Below, in pieces: positions 50,204 to 59,493 of a stretch of DNA of 64,000 bases; position 1 is the first letter of the stretch, and every line of letters begins with the position of its first letter. The position numbers and the translations under genes were made by a program. Below the pieces are notes generated by a model, which had not been told where the DNA came from, made no database searches, and worked only from the letters and a program-made list of their open reading frames with translations. The stretch spans positions 85,483-149,482 of the forward strand of contig CACGDW010000001.1 of NCBI GenBank assembly GCA_902571925.1, given 5' to 3'. This DNA comes from an uncultured Pelagibacteraceae bacterium. Its GTDB lineage: Bacteria; Pseudomonadota; Alphaproteobacteria; Pelagibacterales; Pelagibacteraceae.

Positions 50204-51346
50204 ATGAACTTTGGAACGTCAAGAGCTTCGGCTATTGAAAGTTTAAATAAATTCGTTGATCAAAATTTATTTGAATATTCTAAGTTAAGAAATTTTGATT
50301 ATGGTCCAGACAATAGATCAAATATTTCATACCTTTCACCTTATATTACTCATGGAGTTATATCAGAATTAGAAGTAATCAAAAAATCACTGAGCAAATT
50401 TTCATTCTCTAAAAATGAAAAATTCATTCAAGAAGTTTTATGGAGAATATATTGGAAAGGTTGGTTAGAATTAAGACCTAATGTTTGGACTGATTACTTA
50501 AACGAATTAAAAAGAATTCGTGAAGAATTTAAAGATACCCAAAAATATAAAAATGCTATTGAGGGTCATACAAACATCGAGTGTTTTAATGAATGGGTAA
50601 AAGAATTAAAAGAAACTAATTATTTACACAATCACGCAAGAATGTGGTTTGCAAGTATCTGGATCTTTACTTTAGATTTACCTTGGCAACTGGGTGCAGA
50701 GTTTTTTATGAAGCATCTTTATGATGGAGATGCTGCGTCCAATACTTTAGGATGGAGATGGGTTGCTGGAATTCAAACACAAGGAAAAAATTATCTAGCT
50801 AGTGAATGGAACATTAAAAAATTTACCAATAACAGATTTAGTAATATTAAACTTAATGAAAATGCTCCTCCAAAAACAAGCAATAAAACTTATGCTGCAT
50901 CAAAATTGGAGTTTAACAATCCACAAAATCTTAAAGAAAAAAATCTTCTTATTTTTGAGAATAATTTATCTTTTGAAATAGGTGATTTTAAAGATCAAAA
51001 ATTTAAAAAGGTTTTTTTAATTTCTAACAAAAATGAAAATCGGACCATAGAGCTCAGTGAAAAATTAGTAAAATTCAAGTCTCAATTAATTGAAGATCAA
51101 AAAAAGAGGCTAGAAGAAAAATCAATCAATACTGAAATTATAGATTTGAGTGAGATACAGAATATTAATGAAACTTCTTATGGTTTATATCCTACAGTTG
51201 GTGAAAACCTAGATTTTATAAATACAAATAATTTAAAAATAGAATTTCTGTATAGAAAATTAGACCAATTTTCTTGGCAATATTGTAATAAAGGTTTTTT
51301 TAATTTTAAAAATTATATTCCAAAAATAATTACAACTTTTAATTAA
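50204..51346 (+). CDS. Short photolyase, FAD domain first (NewPHL-like inverted topology)
   Basis: Begins with the FAD-binding domain (RNFD, LSPYI, FIQEVLWR.YW, YLHNHARMWFAS, DGDAASN..GWRWVAG) and ends with a degenerate alpha/beta segment (…KGFFNFK). Confidence 0.85.
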   Translation: MNFGTSRASAIESLNKFVDQNLFEYSKLRNFDYGPDNRSNISYLSPYITHGVISELEVIKKSLSKFSFSKNEKFIQEVLWRIYWKGWLELRPNVWTDYLNELKRIREEFKDTQKYKNAIEGHTNIECFNEWVKELKETNYLHNHARMWFASIWIFTLDLPWQLGAEFFMKHLYDGDAASNTLGWRWVAGIQTQGKNYLASEWNIKKFTNNRFSNIKLNENAPPKTSNKTYAASKLEFNNPQNLKEKNLLIFENNLSFEIGDFKDQKFKKVFLISNKNENRTIELSEKLVKFKSQLIEDQKKRLEEKSINTEIIDLSEIQNINETSYGLYPTVGENLDFINTNNLKIEFLYRKLDQFSWQYCNKGFFNFKNYIPKIITTFN

Positions 51347-51564
51347 AACCACCTAAACATTCCGATAATTCCAGCCGTTGCATAAAAGAATTGTAAAAAT
51401 AATATTCCCCTATGACCACCCCTATAAGCCCAAATTCCAATTAAAATTGCAGATATAAGCAATAAACAAAAACCAAAAAATTCTATTCCAATATTTAAGG
51501 CAACAAACAATGAATATAAAATTGCCGTAATAACCCCTGCCCATTCAAAAATTTTATTATTCAT
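51343..51564 (-). CDS. Small membrane protein (3 TM)
   Basis: 73-aa hydrophobic ORF downstream of the DUF2256/photolyase genes. Confidence 0.72.
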   Translation of the reverse strand: MNNKIFEWAGVITAILYSLFVALNIGIEFFGFCLLLISAILIGIWAYRGGHRGILFLQFFYATAGIIGMFRWF

Positions 51565-51579
51565 AAAAGTTTCTTAAAA

Positions 51580-51708
51580 TTAGCTTAGCTTAGAACACTT
51601 CTTTGAACAATATTTTACTCTATCCCAATTAAGTTTCCATTTCTTGCGCCAAACAAAAGGTCTTTTGCAAACAGGACAGGTTTTGGATGGTAAATTTTCT
51701 TTTCTCAT
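51580..51708 (-). CDS. DUF2256-family small Cys-rich protein (42 aa), missed by the ORF track
   Basis: Hand translation MRKENLPSKTCPVCKRPFVWRKKWKLNWDRVKYCSKKCSKLS*; LP.K.CPVC.RPF.WRKKW…VKYCS..C pattern; ATG overlaps the photolyase stop. Confidence 0.9.
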   Translation of the reverse strand: MRKENLPSKTCPVCKRPFVWRKKWKLNWDRVKYCSKKCSKLS

Positions 51709-53198
51709 TAAATTGTATTTAATTTAATAAATCTGTCAGCTTCAGATAAGATTAATTTTTTTCTATCTTTTTTCATCTTATCAAAAATATGGACCATCAT
51801 AGATAGTCTAGGATTTTTTGAAAAAAACTTTCTATTTCGATCAATAAATCTCCAATAAAGACCATCCATTGTATTGCACCAGTCTCCTTTTTTAAAATCC
51901 ATCATTTTCATGAAATAAGCAGATCCGCAAATATAAGGTTTAGTTGCAAATATTCCACCATCACTAAATAATCCCATACCATAAACATTTGGAACCATCA
52001 CCCAGTCGGAAGAATCTACAAACATTTCCATAAACCATTTATAAACTACAACTGGTTTAATCTCACAAAGGTTCATGATGTTTGATAAAATCATTAGTCT
52101 TTCAATATGGTGGGACCAACCGTTGTTTAATGCGTTTTTAATGGCATAATCTAATGGGGGCAAACCTGTTGTTCCATCATACCAAGATTTTTTCATTTTT
52201 CTATTTTGTTTGAAAAAGTTTCTTGTTTCCATTTCATTTGAATAGGTTTGATATATTCCACGCATAAACTCTCTCCAACCAATTACTTGACGAATGTAAC
52301 CTTCTAACGAATTCATTCTTATTTTATTTTTTTTATGAAAGTCTAAAACTTTTTGAATAATCAATTCAGGGGTTATTAATCCTAAATTAATATAGGGACT
52401 TAAAGCGCTATGAAATAAAATATTATCTTTCTGATTTACAGCATCTTCATAATCTCCAAATAGATTCGATTTTTCTTTTATAAAAAAATTTAATAGTTTA
52501 ATTACATCATCAAATTCTGTTGCTAACCAGAAGTTTTCTGTACTACCTGGATGGTCTTTAAATAATTTTTCAACAATTGGTTTTAATTTTTTTGTATGAT
52601 TAGTTTCATTAATTTTAGGAAATTTTGGTATTGAGATATCTTTTGGTAATTTATTCCTATTCTCCTCGTCAAAACTCCATTTTCCTCCAATTGGATTTCC
52701 ATCAGCTCCCATCAATATTCCTGATTTTTTTCGAACCTCTTTGTAAAATGTTGCCATAAAAGGTTTTTTAGATTTTCCTAAGTAATTTTTAAATTCACCT
52801 CTTGAATTTAAAAACATGGGTGTTTGAACAACATTCCAATAAATTTTTTCTTTTTTTAAGAATTGAGAAATTTTTTTTTCAAAAAACTTATCTTCAATTT
52901 CAAAGCTAGAGATTTCTTTAATTTTTTTTGAATTAATAATCTTTTTTAATTTTTTAAGGTAATCATCTTTAAAATCTTTATCTTCAATTTTTGTGTACTC
53001 TAATTTAAATTTATTCTTTTTGAGTTTATCCGCATAAGATCGCATGGAAGACAAGAATAATAGTATTTTCTGTTTATGATGTTTTTCATAAGTACATAAA
53101 CCATTGTCTTCTGCCATAAAGAATATATGGTCTTTTTTGAAGCGGTCGAGGTATTTTGATGGAAATAACTGATTACCAAGTATAAAAAATAACTTCAT
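51708..53198 (-). CDS. Bacterial (6-4) photolyase / CryPro (PhrB-like) family, apparently lacking FeS ligands
   Basis: ILGNQLF, HKQK, GGKWSFDEENR, FGDYEDA, FHSALSPYINLGL, RQVIGWREF, HHIERLM, DGG..ATKPY. Confidence 0.9.
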   Translation of the reverse strand: MKLFFILGNQLFPSKYLDRFKKDHIFFMAEDNGLCTYEKHHKQKILLFLSSMRSYADKLKKNKFKLEYTKIEDKDFKDDYLKKLKKIINSKKIKEISSFEIEDKFFEKKISQFLKKEKIYWNVVQTPMFLNSRGEFKNYLGKSKKPFMATFYKEVRKKSGILMGADGNPIGGKWSFDEENRNKLPKDISIPKFPKINETNHTKKLKPIVEKLFKDHPGSTENFWLATEFDDVIKLLNFFIKEKSNLFGDYEDAVNQKDNILFHSALSPYINLGLITPELIIQKVLDFHKKNKIRMNSLEGYIRQVIGWREFMRGIYQTYSNEMETRNFFKQNRKMKKSWYDGTTGLPPLDYAIKNALNNGWSHHIERLMILSNIMNLCEIKPVVVYKWFMEMFVDSSDWVMVPNVYGMGLFSDGGIFATKPYICGSAYFMKMMDFKKGDWCNTMDGLYWRFIDRNRKFFSKNPRLSMMVHIFDKMKKDRKKLILSEADRFIKLNTI

Positions 53199-53225
53199 AA
53201 TTAAATATAACTAATAAAATTTTTT

Positions 53226-53936
53226 ATGTCAGAAAAATATATTGTTTTTGGTGCGACAGGTTCAATCGGATCAAGTTTAGCAGAACAATTAGTAAGTTCA
53301 GGAAATAGTGTTCATTTAGTTGCAAGAAATGAAGCTGAGCTAAAGAATATTTCTGACAAACTTGGATGTACATCCACCGTAGCTGATGTTTTGGAGGAAG
53401 GATTTATTGATAAAGTAAAAAATGATATTGCAGAAACTAAAGGTATCGCTTACTGCGTAGGTTCAATTGATTTAAAACCTTTAAGAATGGTTACAGAACA
53501 AGATTTTAACAAATGTATGAAACTAAATCTTTATTCTGCAGTTGAAGCTATAAAAGGATACCAAGAAAGTTTAAAAAAAAATAAAGGATCAGTAGTTTTA
53601 TTTTCTACAGTCGCTGCTCAAAGAGGATTTACGAATCATGCTATAATCGCTTCTACAAAAGCTGCAGTTGAAGGATTGACTGTTTCTTTAGCAGCTGAGT
53701 TTGCACCAAACATTAGAGTTAACTGCATAGCTCCTAGTCTAACACATTCTAAAATTGCAGAGCCAATGTTAAAAAATAAAGCTCTAGCTGATGGAATAGC
53801 AAAAGCTCATCCGCTTAAGAGATTGGGTGAGGGAAAAGATTCTGCTTCACTAGCAAAGTTTCTTATTACTGAAGATAGTTCTTGGGTCACAGGACAAATA
53901 ATTGCAGTAGATGGTGGAAGATCTAAACTTTCTTAA
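53226..53936 (+). CDS. Short-chain dehydrogenase/reductase (atypical active site)
   Basis: GATGSIG, FSTVAA, IRVNCIAP, HPLKRLG, WVTGQ..VDGG. Confidence 0.9.
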   Translation: MSEKYIVFGATGSIGSSLAEQLVSSGNSVHLVARNEAELKNISDKLGCTSTVADVLEEGFIDKVKNDIAETKGIAYCVGSIDLKPLRMVTEQDFNKCMKLNLYSAVEAIKGYQESLKKNKGSVVLFSTVAAQRGFTNHAIIASTKAAVEGLTVSLAAEFAPNIRVNCIAPSLTHSKIAEPMLKNKALADGIAKAHPLKRLGEGKDSASLAKFLITEDSSWVTGQIIAVDGGRSKLS

Positions 53937-53937
53937 A

Positions 53938-55002
53938 GTGAAAAAAGTTTTATTTTTAACTCTATTAATTTTTTTTTTTACCTCAAAATCTTTTTCTCAA
54001 AATTATAGTTTTCAAAAATTAACAAAACTTGATGGGCCATGGGGCTCTTCATTCTTGAATGAAAATGAAATAATAATTACAGAGAAAAGCGGAAAAATAA
54101 AAATTGTAAATATCAAATCCAATAAAATTTCTGAGGTTGACCATAATTTAAATTTTTTAGATTATGGCCAAGGGGGTTTATTAGATATTCTATTTAAAGA
54201 TAATTTTGTTTATATTTCTTATTCTGAAAATAGAGGTAATTGGAAGTCAAGTACTTCGATTGCAAAAGCAAAATTTGATAAAATCAAACTTAACTTTAAA
54301 AACATCTTTCAAGCTGAACCTCCAATTGACTCAGGTTATCATTTTGGTTCAAGATTAGTAATTAAAGACAATTACCTTTTTGCATCAGCTGGAGAAAGAG
54401 GGCAAGGTATGATTGCACAGGACCCTACAAATCATCCTGGAAGCATTATAAGGATTCATTTGGATGGAAGTATTCCCAATGACAATCCTAAGTTTAAAGG
54501 TAATTCAAACTGGCTTCCTGAAATTTATCAAATTGGAATTCGAAACCCTCAAGGTTTATCTTTGTCACCTTTTGATGGAAAAATTTATATGAGCAACCAT
54601 GGTGCAAAAGGAGGTGACTGGTTTGGCGAAGTAAAAAAAGGTGAAAACTATGGTTGGAAAATATTAGGCTGGGGAGGAAAAAATTATACTGGAACTAAAA
54701 TTGGACCTAAATGGAAACCAGGCTTTACTAAAGCAATTCAATACTGGGTACCTTCTATCGCTACTAGTGCAATTACTATTTATAAAGGCGATGAGTTTAA
54801 GGAATGGAACAGCCACGCTTTAATTACATCTCTTAAGGATAAATCATTAAGAAAATTAATATTTGATGATAAATCAAATGTTAAGGAAGAGATAATTTTT
54901 AAAGACAAAATCGGAAGAATAAGAGATATACAAGTTCATCCAATCAATGGAAAAATTTATTTTTTAGCAGGAGATAATTTGTGGCTAATGGAAAAAAGTT
55001 AA
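53938..55002 (+). CDS. PQQ-dependent sugar dehydrogenase family (GSDH/YliI-like) exported protein
   Basis: PWG, GQGGLLD, HFGSRL, GIRNPQG, G.NYGW, GRIRD; likely GTG start at 53938 gives a signal peptide. Confidence 0.88.
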   Translation: MKKVLFLTLLIFFFTSKSFSQNYSFQKLTKLDGPWGSSFLNENEIIITEKSGKIKIVNIKSNKISEVDHNLNFLDYGQGGLLDILFKDNFVYISYSENRGNWKSSTSIAKAKFDKIKLNFKNIFQAEPPIDSGYHFGSRLVIKDNYLFASAGERGQGMIAQDPTNHPGSIIRIHLDGSIPNDNPKFKGNSNWLPEIYQIGIRNPQGLSLSPFDGKIYMSNHGAKGGDWFGEVKKGENYGWKILGWGGKNYTGTKIGPKWKPGFTKAIQYWVPSIATSAITIYKGDEFKEWNSHALITSLKDKSLRKLIFDDKSNVKEEIIFKDKIGRIRDIQVHPINGKIYFLAGDNLWLMEKS

Positions 55003-56060
55003 TAATAATTTTATGTCTATTAATTGGGATAACTTCATATAATCATATTGGATTAACAATGGAAAAAAAACCTTATCATCACGTTTCGGATGGAACATTT
55101 AGAAATCCAGAGGGATCTCCTGAAAGAAATACAAATTTTAAATGGTCATATAAAGTTTTTAATAAAGAAAAAAAGAAACTTGATATGACAGTTCCAGAAG
55201 AGCATGTTTTAAAAAAAGAAAAAGTACTATCAGATTTATCAAAATTGAAAAATGACGATTACATTGCTTGGATTGGTCATGCTACATTTATTATCAAATT
55301 AGGAAATACTACAATTATAACTGACCCAGTCTTTTCTAAAAATGCAGGACCGTTAATATTTGGTCCAAAGAGATACACTGAACCAGCCTTAAAATTAAAT
55401 GAAATTCCTAAAATTAATTTATTTTTGCTTACTCACAATCATTACGACCATCAGGATATGATGACAATTCGTAGATTTCCTTTTAAAGATGCAAAAGTGA
55501 TGCTGCCGCTGAAACTTGGTAAATATTTTACAAAAAACGGGTATAGAGATGTAAATGAAATGGATTGGTATGATGAAATAAAGATTAACGAAAAATTAAA
55601 AATTACATTTCTTCCTGCAGTTCACTGGTCCAAAAGAAGCTTAACTGATACTAATAAAACTCTATGGGGTAACTTTTTAATTGAATATGATGGAAAAAAG
55701 ATTTTATTTGCATGTGACACTGGAGTTGGAAATATTTATAAAGATTTAGGAAATAAATATGGCCCAATAGACATTTCTTTTATTAACATTGGTGCTTACA
55801 ATTTTTATCCAATTTCACCTTATAAAGACAAATCTGCTTATCATACTAATCCTGAAGAAGCTTTGAGTATAGGTCGAGATTTAAAGAGTAAGAAAGTTAT
55901 AGGAACGCACTGGGGCACCTTTGTTTTATCTTTAGAACCAATTATGGAACCACCAGCTCGATTTAAAGCAAGTGCGGAGAAATTTGGTTTTAATAAAGAG
56001 GATGCGATAATTTTTAAAATTGGAGAAATTAATCCACTTAAAAATTTTATAAATAATTAA
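54981..56060 (+). CDS. Metallo-beta-lactamase-fold hydrolase (RomA/NAPE-PLD-like)
   Basis: WIGHAT, TDPVFS, THNHYDH, PAVHWSKR, H.NPEEA, HWGTF. Confidence 0.88.
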   Translation: MANGKKLIIILCLLIGITSYNHIGLTMEKKPYHHVSDGTFRNPEGSPERNTNFKWSYKVFNKEKKKLDMTVPEEHVLKKEKVLSDLSKLKNDDYIAWIGHATFIIKLGNTTIITDPVFSKNAGPLIFGPKRYTEPALKLNEIPKINLFLLTHNHYDHQDMMTIRRFPFKDAKVMLPLKLGKYFTKNGYRDVNEMDWYDEIKINEKLKITFLPAVHWSKRSLTDTNKTLWGNFLIEYDGKKILFACDTGVGNIYKDLGNKYGPIDISFINIGAYNFYPISPYKDKSAYHTNPEEALSIGRDLKSKKVIGTHWGTFVLSLEPIMEPPARFKASAEKFGFNKEDAIIFKIGEINPLKNFINN

Positions 56061-56323
56061 CTATCTAGAATTTTTTTTTTTGCTTTTTCAAACTCTTCTT
56101 GAGTTAAAGCGCCACTTTTTAAAAGTTCATTTAATTTATTTAATTCTTCAGAAAGATTTTCAGGTCTATTTGGGATACTATCTATGTTTTCATTTGTTTC
56201 TATTTCAGGGTCAGATTTATTAGAGCTCTTAGCGCTAAAACCTGTCATTATAGCTCTCCCACCCAAGTAAAGCACAAAAAGAAAAATTGGAATAACTAAA
56301 CTAAAAAAAATTATTTTTTCCAT
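56057..56323 (-). CDS. Small membrane protein with SHOCT domain
   Basis: N-terminal TM; C-terminal ELNKLNELLKSGALTQEEFEKAKKKIL. Confidence 0.85.
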   Translation of the reverse strand: MEKIIFFSLVIPIFLFVLYLGGRAIMTGFSAKSSNKSDPEIETNENIDSIPNRPENLSEELNKLNELLKSGALTQEEFEKAKKKILDS

Positions 56324-56326
56324 AAA

Positions 56327-56545
56327 TTAATCCTCATCTTCCTCTCTCCAATTTTTTTCATACATTAACCATGCCGCATAAATTACTGAAAATGTTCCGA
56401 CAATCATACCATAATCAAAACCTGTCTGCATATCGTATAGATACCATCCAATTTGAGTTGCCCCAATAGGAGGTATAGTTAATATTGCCATCAGAATAGC
56501 TATTCTATAAGGATATCTGGGTTTTTTCATAAACCATCTTATCAA
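56327..56545 (-). CDS. Hypothetical 2-TM protein
   Basis: 72-aa ORF in operon-like spacing. Confidence 0.65.
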   Translation of the reverse strand: MIRWFMKKPRYPYRIAILMAILTIPPIGATQIGWYLYDMQTGFDYGMIVGTFSVIYAAWLMYEKNWREEDED

Positions 56546-56563
56546 AAAAGATTGATCGTTTAA

Positions 56564-57412
56564 TTATAAAACTTGCGATCTTTTGAAACATTCAATTGTA
56601 TTTTTAAGTAAACACGCAATAGTCATAGGGCCCACTCCACCTGGAACAGGCGTAATAGCTTTCGCATTTTTTGAAACTTCGTCAAATGCTACATCACCTA
56701 CAATTCCTTTGTCTGTTTTATTAATACCAACGTCAATAACAATAGCATCCTTTTTAATCCAATCTCTTTTAACAAGCTCTGGGATACCTACAGCTGCAAC
56801 AACTATATCAGCAGCTAAACACTCAGCTTTTAAATCTTTTGTTTTTGAATGAGTAATTGTTACAGTACAATTTTCCTTTAACAGAAGTTGCGCCATTGGT
56901 TTGCCATTTAAATTTGATCTCCCTATGATTACTGCTTTTTTTCCATTTAAGTCTGACTCAATATTCTTAATCAATAAATAGCACCCTAATGGTGTGCACG
57001 GTATCATACTTTGATAACCAGAAGAAAGGTTTCCAACGTTTATTGGATGAAAACCATCAACATCTTTTAGGGGATCAATCATTTCAATTACTTTTTGTTT
57101 ATCAATATGATTTGGGAGAGGAAGTTGAACCAAAATACCAGAAACAGTTTCATCTTTATTTAACTCATCAATTTTATCTAAAATGACTTTTTCCTTAACA
57201 GTGTCTGGGTATTTTATTATATTTGATTTTAAACCAACCTCGATCGCTGATTTTTCTTTATTCTTCACATAGATTTGACTTGGTGCCAAATCCCCAATCA
57301 AAATAACTGAAAGTCCAGGTACCTTCTTATATTTAATTTTTAAATTAGAAACTTCTTCTTTAAGTTCCTTTCTTAATTCAGCTGCTATTTTTTTTCCATC
57401 AATTAAAATCAT
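56564..57412 (-). CDS. folD: Methylenetetrahydrofolate dehydrogenase/cyclohydrolase
   Basis: GILVQLPLP, KDVDGFH, PCTP.G, TPVPGGVGPMT. Confidence 0.97.
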   Translation of the reverse strand: MILIDGKKIAAELRKELKEEVSNLKIKYKKVPGLSVILIGDLAPSQIYVKNKEKSAIEVGLKSNIIKYPDTVKEKVILDKIDELNKDETVSGILVQLPLPNHIDKQKVIEMIDPLKDVDGFHPINVGNLSSGYQSMIPCTPLGCYLLIKNIESDLNGKKAVIIGRSNLNGKPMAQLLLKENCTVTITHSKTKDLKAECLAADIVVAAVGIPELVKRDWIKKDAIVIDVGINKTDKGIVGDVAFDEVSKNAKAITPVPGGVGPMTIACLLKNTIECFKRSQVL

Positions 57413-57418
57413 AATTCT

Positions 57419-57709
57419 TTAGAATATTAGAGGTGCAACGTAAAGCTTCATACACATTTCTACAAACCAAATCAATAATAGTAAAATTATAGGAGATATA
57501 TCTAAAGAACCTAAATTAGGTAAAAAACGTCTAATTCTATTTAATATTGGATCTGTAAGTCTATAAGTTAATTCTAGAATAGAATAAATAAATCTATTCT
57601 GAGTATTTAAAATATTAAAAGCTATCAACCAACTAATAATTACATTCGCAATAACTACATACGAATAAAGTTTAAGTATCTGAAGTACCAAATAAAAGAT
57701 GGCTATCAT
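57419..57709 (-). CDS. yggT: YggT family membrane protein
   Basis: ISWL, LTDPIL..IRRFLP.LG.LDISPI. Confidence 0.9.
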   Translation of the reverse strand: MIAIFYLVLQILKLYSYVVIANVIISWLIAFNILNTQNRFIYSILELTYRLTDPILNRIRRFLPNLGSLDISPIILLLLIWFVEMCMKLYVAPLIF

Positions 57710-58791
57710 TTTTTCTCGATATAAATAGATGAGCTTGGAAATGCAAATGATGCTTTATTGTTTTCTACAATTTGTTTTATAGCTATAGCTAATTTTTCTT
57801 TAACAGAAAGCCACTCATTCCAACTACCTGATTTGGTAAAACAACGAACATACATATCAATTGAACTATCTGAAAATTTATCAACTCTCACTGCAATTCC
57901 TATGCTTGTATTAAAATCGTCACTTTTGTTAATATGAGATTCGATTTGATCTCGAATGGTTTTCAATTGATCTACGGTTGTATCGTATTGAAGAGTAATA
58001 ATCCAACTTATCAGCCAGTTTGAAGTTTCACTAACATTAATGACTGCATTTTCTGCAAATTGAAAATTTGGAATAATTGCTAAGGATTTATCAAATTTTC
58101 TTATTGTTGTTGACCTAAAACCAATTTTTTCAACTATTCCTTCTATTATTCCATCGACCAAAATCCAATCACCAATTTTAAATCTTTTTTCAACAAGAAC
58201 TAAAATTCCTGAAATTAAATTTTTAAATAAATCCTGTGCACCCAATGCAACTGCTACTCCGAATAAGCCTAATCCAGCAATAATTGGTCCAATCTTGATT
58301 CCCCATAATTCTAAAACTGCAGCAAGTCCTAGTATAAAAATTAATATTTTTAGAGATTTGATAATCCACCCAATTAATTCTCTTGTTAAAAGTTTATCAA
58401 GACCACTTAAAACATATGAAACTGGCTCAATTATCTGATGAATAACCCAAAAAATTAAAATAGTAATTAAGGTTCTATTTATTGTATCTACTACTTCTCT
58501 GCCTTCTGTAGAGAAGGTCATATAATAACTTGCAATAAAAAAACCTAATACTATCGGAAGAAATCTTGCTGGCCCGGTTAAGGAATAAACAAAAGTATCG
58601 TCTAATTTATTAGTAGTTCTCTTAGAAATAACTTCTAATTTTTTAATGATAAGTTTACTAATCAGACCTCTGAAAATAAGAAAAATTAAAAAAATTCCGA
58701 TTCCAATTAATATTTGAAAAATATCAACACCTAGAATACCTTTATTCCATACAGACAAAAATACTTCTGAAAAATTATTTATTATTTCCAT
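57706..58791 (-). CDS. MscS-family mechanosensitive channel
   Basis: GLGLFGVAVALGAQD, F.IGDWI, G.VE.IGFRST, IPN. Confidence 0.92.
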   Translation of the reverse strand: MEIINNFSEVFLSVWNKGILGVDIFQILIGIGIFLIFLIFRGLISKLIIKKLEVISKRTTNKLDDTFVYSLTGPARFLPIVLGFFIASYYMTFSTEGREVVDTINRTLITILIFWVIHQIIEPVSYVLSGLDKLLTRELIGWIIKSLKILIFILGLAAVLELWGIKIGPIIAGLGLFGVAVALGAQDLFKNLISGILVLVEKRFKIGDWILVDGIIEGIVEKIGFRSTTIRKFDKSLAIIPNFQFAENAVINVSETSNWLISWIITLQYDTTVDQLKTIRDQIESHINKSDDFNTSIGIAVRVDKFSDSSIDMYVRCFTKSGSWNEWLSVKEKLAIAIKQIVENNKASFAFPSSSIYIEKK

Positions 58792-58793
58792 AA

Positions 58794-59492
58794 TTAAATT
58801 TTATATAACAAAAACTCTTCTTCTCCAGGATTAAAAAGAAAAATTTTTTTCCACTTAATTTCATTAAGTATTGCTGATGTTTTTTCACTAATACACATTA
58901 AATTTGTATCCATAAATAGACTATCAAACTGGTAAGTTTTTATAAAATTTAAAAAGCTAGAAGCGCTATTTTCAGAATAAATGTAAATTATGTCAGGTAA
59001 TTTTAACTTAAGCTCACTAATGAAATTTTCATCAAAATTTTTATTATAGTCAGCACGATAGTTAATAATCTTTTTAATTTTATAACCTTCTTTTTCTAAC
59101 TGTTGACTTAGGTCAATGGATACAATTTTCCCACTAACATAAAGAAGCTTTCCATCTTTTTTGTTAAAGTTTTGGAGGATTAACTCCTTTAAATTTCTAA
59201 CATTCCCTTCAGCTGTAATTACGTTTTGAAACCCTCTACCTCTTGCTTTTTTTTCAGTTGCGTTACCCACACAAAAACATAAAGTATTTTTATCAATTTT
59301 TTTAATATCTAAAAACTTTACAGCATTAGCACTTGTAAAAATAATTCCTTGATACTCAAAAAAATTTATTTCCCCAATGTTTATTTCTTCGATTTTTAAT
59401 AATGGTAAATGAGAAACTTTATGCCCCAATTTTTGAAATTTTAAAATCATCTCAGAGGAGTCTTCAAGAGGTCTAGTGAATAAAATATGCAT
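58794..59492 (-). CDS. hemD: Uroporphyrinogen-III synthase
   Basis: ILFTRP, FTSANAV, VGNAT; downstream of hemC. Confidence 0.88.
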   Translation of the reverse strand: MHILFTRPLEDSSEMILKFQKLGHKVSHLPLLKIEEINIGEINFFEYQGIIFTSANAVKFLDIKKIDKNTLCFCVGNATEKKARGRGFQNVITAEGNVRNLKELILQNFNKKDGKLLYVSGKIVSIDLSQQLEKEGYKIKKIINYRADYNKNFDENFISELKLKLPDIIYIYSENSASSFLNFIKTYQFDSLFMDTNLMCISEKTSAILNEIKWKKIFLFNPGEEEFLLYKI

Positions 59493-59493
59493 G

